Shown: positions 61,005-64,000 of the stretch, piece after piece
Position numbering within the stretch: position 1 is the stretch's first letter
Layout of the letters: the number at the start of each line of letters is the position of its first letter
Source: Candidatus Nitrospinota bacterium M3_3B_026
Lineage (GTDB): Bacteria; Nitrospinota_A; UBA7883; JBPRGF01
Direction of reading: 5' to 3'
Assembly: GCA_051418015.1 (NCBI GenBank)
Contig: JBPRGF010000017.1
Location: forward strand, 288,001 to 352,000
Length of the DNA stretch: 64,000 nucleotides
Position numbers and translations under genes: made by a program
Notes under the pieces: model-generated
Told to the model about the DNA's origin: nothing
Databases searched by the model: none
The model's input: only the letters and a program-made list of their open reading frames with translations

Positions 61005-62279
61005 ATGAAGAAGCTGCTGATCCTCGGCGCGGGCACCGGGGGAACGATCCTCGCCAACACCCTCATACGCAGGCTGGACCCCAGACAATGGTCAGTGACC
61101 GTCATTGACAAAGGAGACCTGCATTACTACCAGCCGGGGTATATATTCCTCCCCTTCAAGCTTTACGGCTACACCAGGCGCGACGACGTGGTGGAGCCTA
61201 TCACGAAACCGCTGCCGGCCAAGGCGGAGTTCGTGAAGGCGGAGGTGAAGCTGATCGACCACGAGAAAAAGAGGGTGGAGACCACCGATGGCGTGTTCGC
61301 CTACGACTGGCTGGTTCTGGCCATGGGCTGCGACATAAGGCCCGGTGAGGTGGACGGGCTGGCCGAGGCGATGGGGAAAGGCGCCGCGCACACGTTCTAC
61401 AGCCTCGACGGGGCCATGAGGCTCCAGAGGGCCATCGAGAACATGAAGGAGGGAAGGCTCGTCCTCGATATAGCCGATATCCCCATAAAATGCCCCGTCG
61501 CCCCGATCGAGTTCGTTTTCCTCGCCGACTATTACTTCCAGCAAAAGGGAGTTAGGAGCGGTATAGAGATAGATTACGTCACCCCCCTGGCGGGCGCGTT
61601 CACGAAACCGCAGGCCACGCGCGTCCTCTCCGGGATCGCGGAGGAAAAGGGGGTCAGAATAATCCCGAACTTCCCCATCTCCGAGGTGGACCATAAAAAG
61701 AAGGTCATCCGCTCATTCGACGGGGAGTCCGTCGAATACGACCTGCTGGTGACCGTGCCGCCGAACCTGGGGCCGGACGTGATAGACGAGTCCGGCCTGG
61801 GCGATGGGGCCGGCTACGCGGTGATAGACGACAAGACCCTCAAGGTCAAAAAGGCGGAGAACGTCTACGCCCTGGGGGACAACACCAACGCGCCCACCTC
61901 CAAGGCCGGCGCCGTGGCGCACTTCGAGGCGGAAATCGTGGAGGAGAACATCCTGCGGGAAATTGAGGGCAAGGAGCCCCTGCCGGACTTCGACGGGCAC
62001 TCGAACTGCTTCATCGAATCCGGGTTCCACAAGGCGCTCCTTTTCGACTTCAATTACAAGACGGAGCCGCTGCCGGGGGTTTTCCCTCTGAAAGGAGTGG
62101 GGCCCTTCTCCCTTCTCAAGGAGAGCAGGCTGAACCACTGGGGGAAAATGGCCTTCAAGGACGTATACTGGAGCCTCCTGCTGCGCGGAAGGCTGCCGGG
62201 GGATCCGCTGCTGCCAGCGAGGATGAGCTACTCCGGCAAGGACATTTCCACGCTTGCCAGGGAACTTGAGGAGCAATAA
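61005..62279 (+). CDS. sqr: Sulfide:quinone oxidoreductase family flavoprotein
   Basis: GAGTGG, YYQPG, KCPVAP, LGD, CFIESG, NHWGKMAF. Confidence 0.82.
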   Translation: MKKLLILGAGTGGTILANTLIRRLDPRQWSVTVIDKGDLHYYQPGYIFLPFKLYGYTRRDDVVEPITKPLPAKAEFVKAEVKLIDHEKKRVETTDGVFAYDWLVLAMGCDIRPGEVDGLAEAMGKGAAHTFYSLDGAMRLQRAIENMKEGRLVLDIADIPIKCPVAPIEFVFLADYYFQQKGVRSGIEIDYVTPLAGAFTKPQATRVLSGIAEEKGVRIIPNFPISEVDHKKKVIRSFDGESVEYDLLVTVPPNLGPDVIDESGLGDGAGYAVIDDKTLKVKKAENVYALGDNTNAPTSKAGAVAHFEAEIVEENILREIEGKEPLPDFDGHSNCFIESGFHKALLFDFNYKTEPLPGVFPLKGVGPFSLLKESRLNHWGKMAFKDVYWSLLLRGRLPGDPLLPARMSYSGKDISTLARELEEQ

Positions 62280-62358
62280 GGAAGGGCGCTCTCGGCGGAG
62301 GTTTCAGGGCGCGATGAAATTCTGTTTCAGGCTAAACCTGTACGGGGAGGAAGATCAC

Positions 62359-62721
62359 ATGACAAGAATAGTCCTGGCCTTGGGTGTTGTTATCATGTTC
62401 ATGGCGGCCCCGCGGGCCATGGCGGACGCGGCGGCGGGCGAAAAGCTGTTCAACGGCGACGGCAGGTGCAAGACATGCCACAGAACCAGCGACAAGAAAA
62501 AAGTGGGCCCCGGCCTCAAGGGCGTCGTGGAGCGGGCGGGGGAGGACTGGCTGAGGGACTGGCTCAAAGACCCGCCGGCGGTGTGGAACGGCGACAACCC
62601 GTACACCCTGGACCTTAAGAAGAAAATGAAAAAGGAAAGCAAGCCGAAGCCCACCCATAAGACAAGGAAGCTTACGGACCAGGAGGTAGGCGACTTGATA
62701 GATTTTTTCAAGACTCTCTGA
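62359..62721 (+). CDS. Small secreted monoheme cytochrome c
   Basis: GGGGAGG RBS; signal peptide AMA-D; CKTCH, VGPGL, WLKDP. Confidence 0.9.
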   Translation: MTRIVLALGVVIMFMAAPRAMADAAAGEKLFNGDGRCKTCHRTSDKKKVGPGLKGVVERAGEDWLRDWLKDPPAVWNGDNPYTLDLKKKMKKESKPKPTHKTRKLTDQEVGDLIDFFKTL

Positions 62722-62736
62722 GCGGACGGAACCACG

Positions 62737-62772
62737 GGCCGCGCGTCAACGAAACGGCGCGCGGTCTTTTTT
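62737..62772 (+). terminator. Rho-independent terminator
   Basis: GGCCGCGCGTC/GGCGCGCGGTC stem and T6. Confidence 0.7.
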
Positions 62773-62774
62773 CA

Positions 62775-62861
62775 TGGTGCCGGAGGTCGGGATCGAACCG
62801 ACACATGGTCGCCCATACGGAATTTTGAGTCCCGCGCGTCTACCAGTTCCGCCACTCCGGC
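62775..62861 (-). tRNA. tRNA-Leu (anticodon CAA), encoded CCA
   Basis: GCCGGAG/CTCCGGC acceptor stem, D-loop TGGTA, anticodon loop CTCAAAA, long variable arm, GGTTCGATCC, ACCA; 87 nt. Confidence 0.96.
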
Positions 62862-62876
62862 TCCGCTCCGAAGGTT

Positions 62877-62905
62877 ATTATAGGACATGGCTGCGGCGCA
62901 GTCCA
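62877..62905 (-). promoter_or_regulatory. Sigma-70 promoter of tRNA-Leu
   Basis: TGGACT-N17-TATAAT. Confidence 0.7.
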
Positions 62906-62923
62906 CACGCCCAGCGCAGCCTG

Positions 62924-64000
62924 TCACATGGAACTCGCCGGGTCCATGTCCACCGCCACCTTCACCCCCAGCCTCTCCGCGGGTTTGAGCGACTCGAGCT
63001 CCGACAGGAAGGCGTTCAACGTCTTCGAGAGCGCGGGGTGCCCCCCGGCCTTCAAAAGAGCGCGCCAATGATACCTGTTGCGCGTCTTGAAAACCAAAGC
63101 CTCCACCGGGCCCAGGATCATCACTCCCTCCACCCTGGCGGCCGCGGCGGCGAGCATGGGCCCGGCGCGCTTTAAAAACTCCTCTCCCCGACGTTTCGTC
63201 GTGGCGTCTATCCGGACGAAAGCCATCCTGCAAAACGGCGGATATCCCGCCGCCTCCCGCAGCGGTATCTCGTTTTTGTAGAACGTCTTGAAGTCGTGGC
63301 GCGCGGCCGCCGACATGCTGTGATGGTCCGCGCTCAGCGTCTGCGCTATCACGAGGCCCGGCCTCTCCCCCCGGCCCGCCCGGCCCGCTGCCTGAGTTAT
63401 GAGTTGAAACGAGCGCTCCGCCGAGCGGAAATCCGGCAGGCGCAACGTCTCGTCGGCATTCACCGCCCCCACCAGCGTAATGTTCGGAAAGTCGTGGCCC
63501 TTGGTTATCATCTGCGTGCCCACCAGGATGTCCACCTTGCCGGACTCAACGCCGCTCAGTATCGCCGAGGAGGAGAGCCTGCCGGAGGTGGTGTCCTTGT
63601 CCATCCTGGCCACGCGGGCGCCGGGGAACATCTCAACGACGTGACGCTCCACTTTCTCCGACCCCGCGCCAGCCATGAAAAGTCTGTCCGAGCCGCAATC
63701 CGGGCAGACGTCCGGCGCGGGCTCGGCGTAGCCGCAGGTGTGGCACTTCAGCGATTTCGCCCCGGCGTGGGCCACGAGGCTGAGCGAGCAGTTCCTGCAC
63801 TCGAACGCCCGCCCGCAGCGCGAGCACTGGATGAACCTCGCCGAGCCGCGCCGGTTGATGAAAAGCAGCGTCTGCTCCCCCGCCTCGAGCCGGGCCTTTA
63901 TTTGCCCCGCCAGGCGAGGCGTCAGCCGTCCCGGCTCCTCGGGTCTGACCATTTCCACCACCGGCATGGGTCTTTTGTCTATCCTTTCTGGAAGCTCTAT
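62924..64000 (-). CDS. priA: Primosomal protein N' (3' part; start beyond the window)
   Basis: FINRRG, four CxxC Zn motifs, ILVGTQMITKGHDFP, LPDFRSAER, AGRAGR, YPPF. Confidence 0.96.
   Translation of the reverse strand: MELPERIDKRPMPVVEMVRPEEPGRLTPRLAGQIKARLEAGEQTLLFINRRGSARFIQCSRCGRAFECRNCSLSLVAHAGAKSLKCHTCGYAEPAPDVCPDCGSDRLFMAGAGSEKVERHVVEMFPGARVARMDKDTTSGRLSSSAILSGVESGKVDILVGTQMITKGHDFPNITLVGAVNADETLRLPDFRSAERSFQLITQAAGRAGRGERPGLVIAQTLSADHHSMSAAARHDFKTFYKNEIPLREAAGYPPFCRMAFVRIDATTKRRGEEFLKRAGPMLAAAAARVEGVMILGPVEALVFKTRNRYHWRALLKAGGHPALSKTLNAFLSELESLKPAERLGVKVAVDMDPASSM

Overview
High-GC bacterial chromosome segment dominated by energy metabolism. The gene set resembles Nitrospinota/Nitrospirota-like chemolithotrophs; this taxon assignment is inference, not a search result. 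In order: a cytochrome b with a fused C-terminal heme c; an operon with a CydA-like 'bd-like' oxidase and five c-type cytochromes, one carrying an NxrC/EbdC-like domain; a transglutaminase-like protein and a porin; a sigma-54 two-component system whose regulator and kinase genes enclose a corrinoid protein and an MtaA/CmuA-like::[2Fe-2S]::RACo fusion; a thiol-redox/cytochrome c maturation-like operon with atypical heme proteins; nfu-mrp plus an OrpR-like activator; a FadL-type channel; an ODP with an atypical MCP-like partner; ccmEF; a sulfotransferase and GT2; the F0 genes atpIBE; ispB; a CsgG-like lipoprotein; a c'-beta-like cytochrome with an MCP; a USP and radical SAM pair with PCP_red domains; gltBD; a full N-ATPase operon; sqr; a cytochrome c; tRNA-Leu(CAA); and the 3' part of priA. 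No CRISPR array, integrase, transposase or rRNA is visible. The best novelty candidates are the corrinoid module embedded in the two-component operon (12008-18321), the atypical heme/thiol operon (18915-23894), and two small membrane ORFs missed by the ORF track (8323-8442, 12008-12121). All assignments come from motif recognition by eye; no database search was run.
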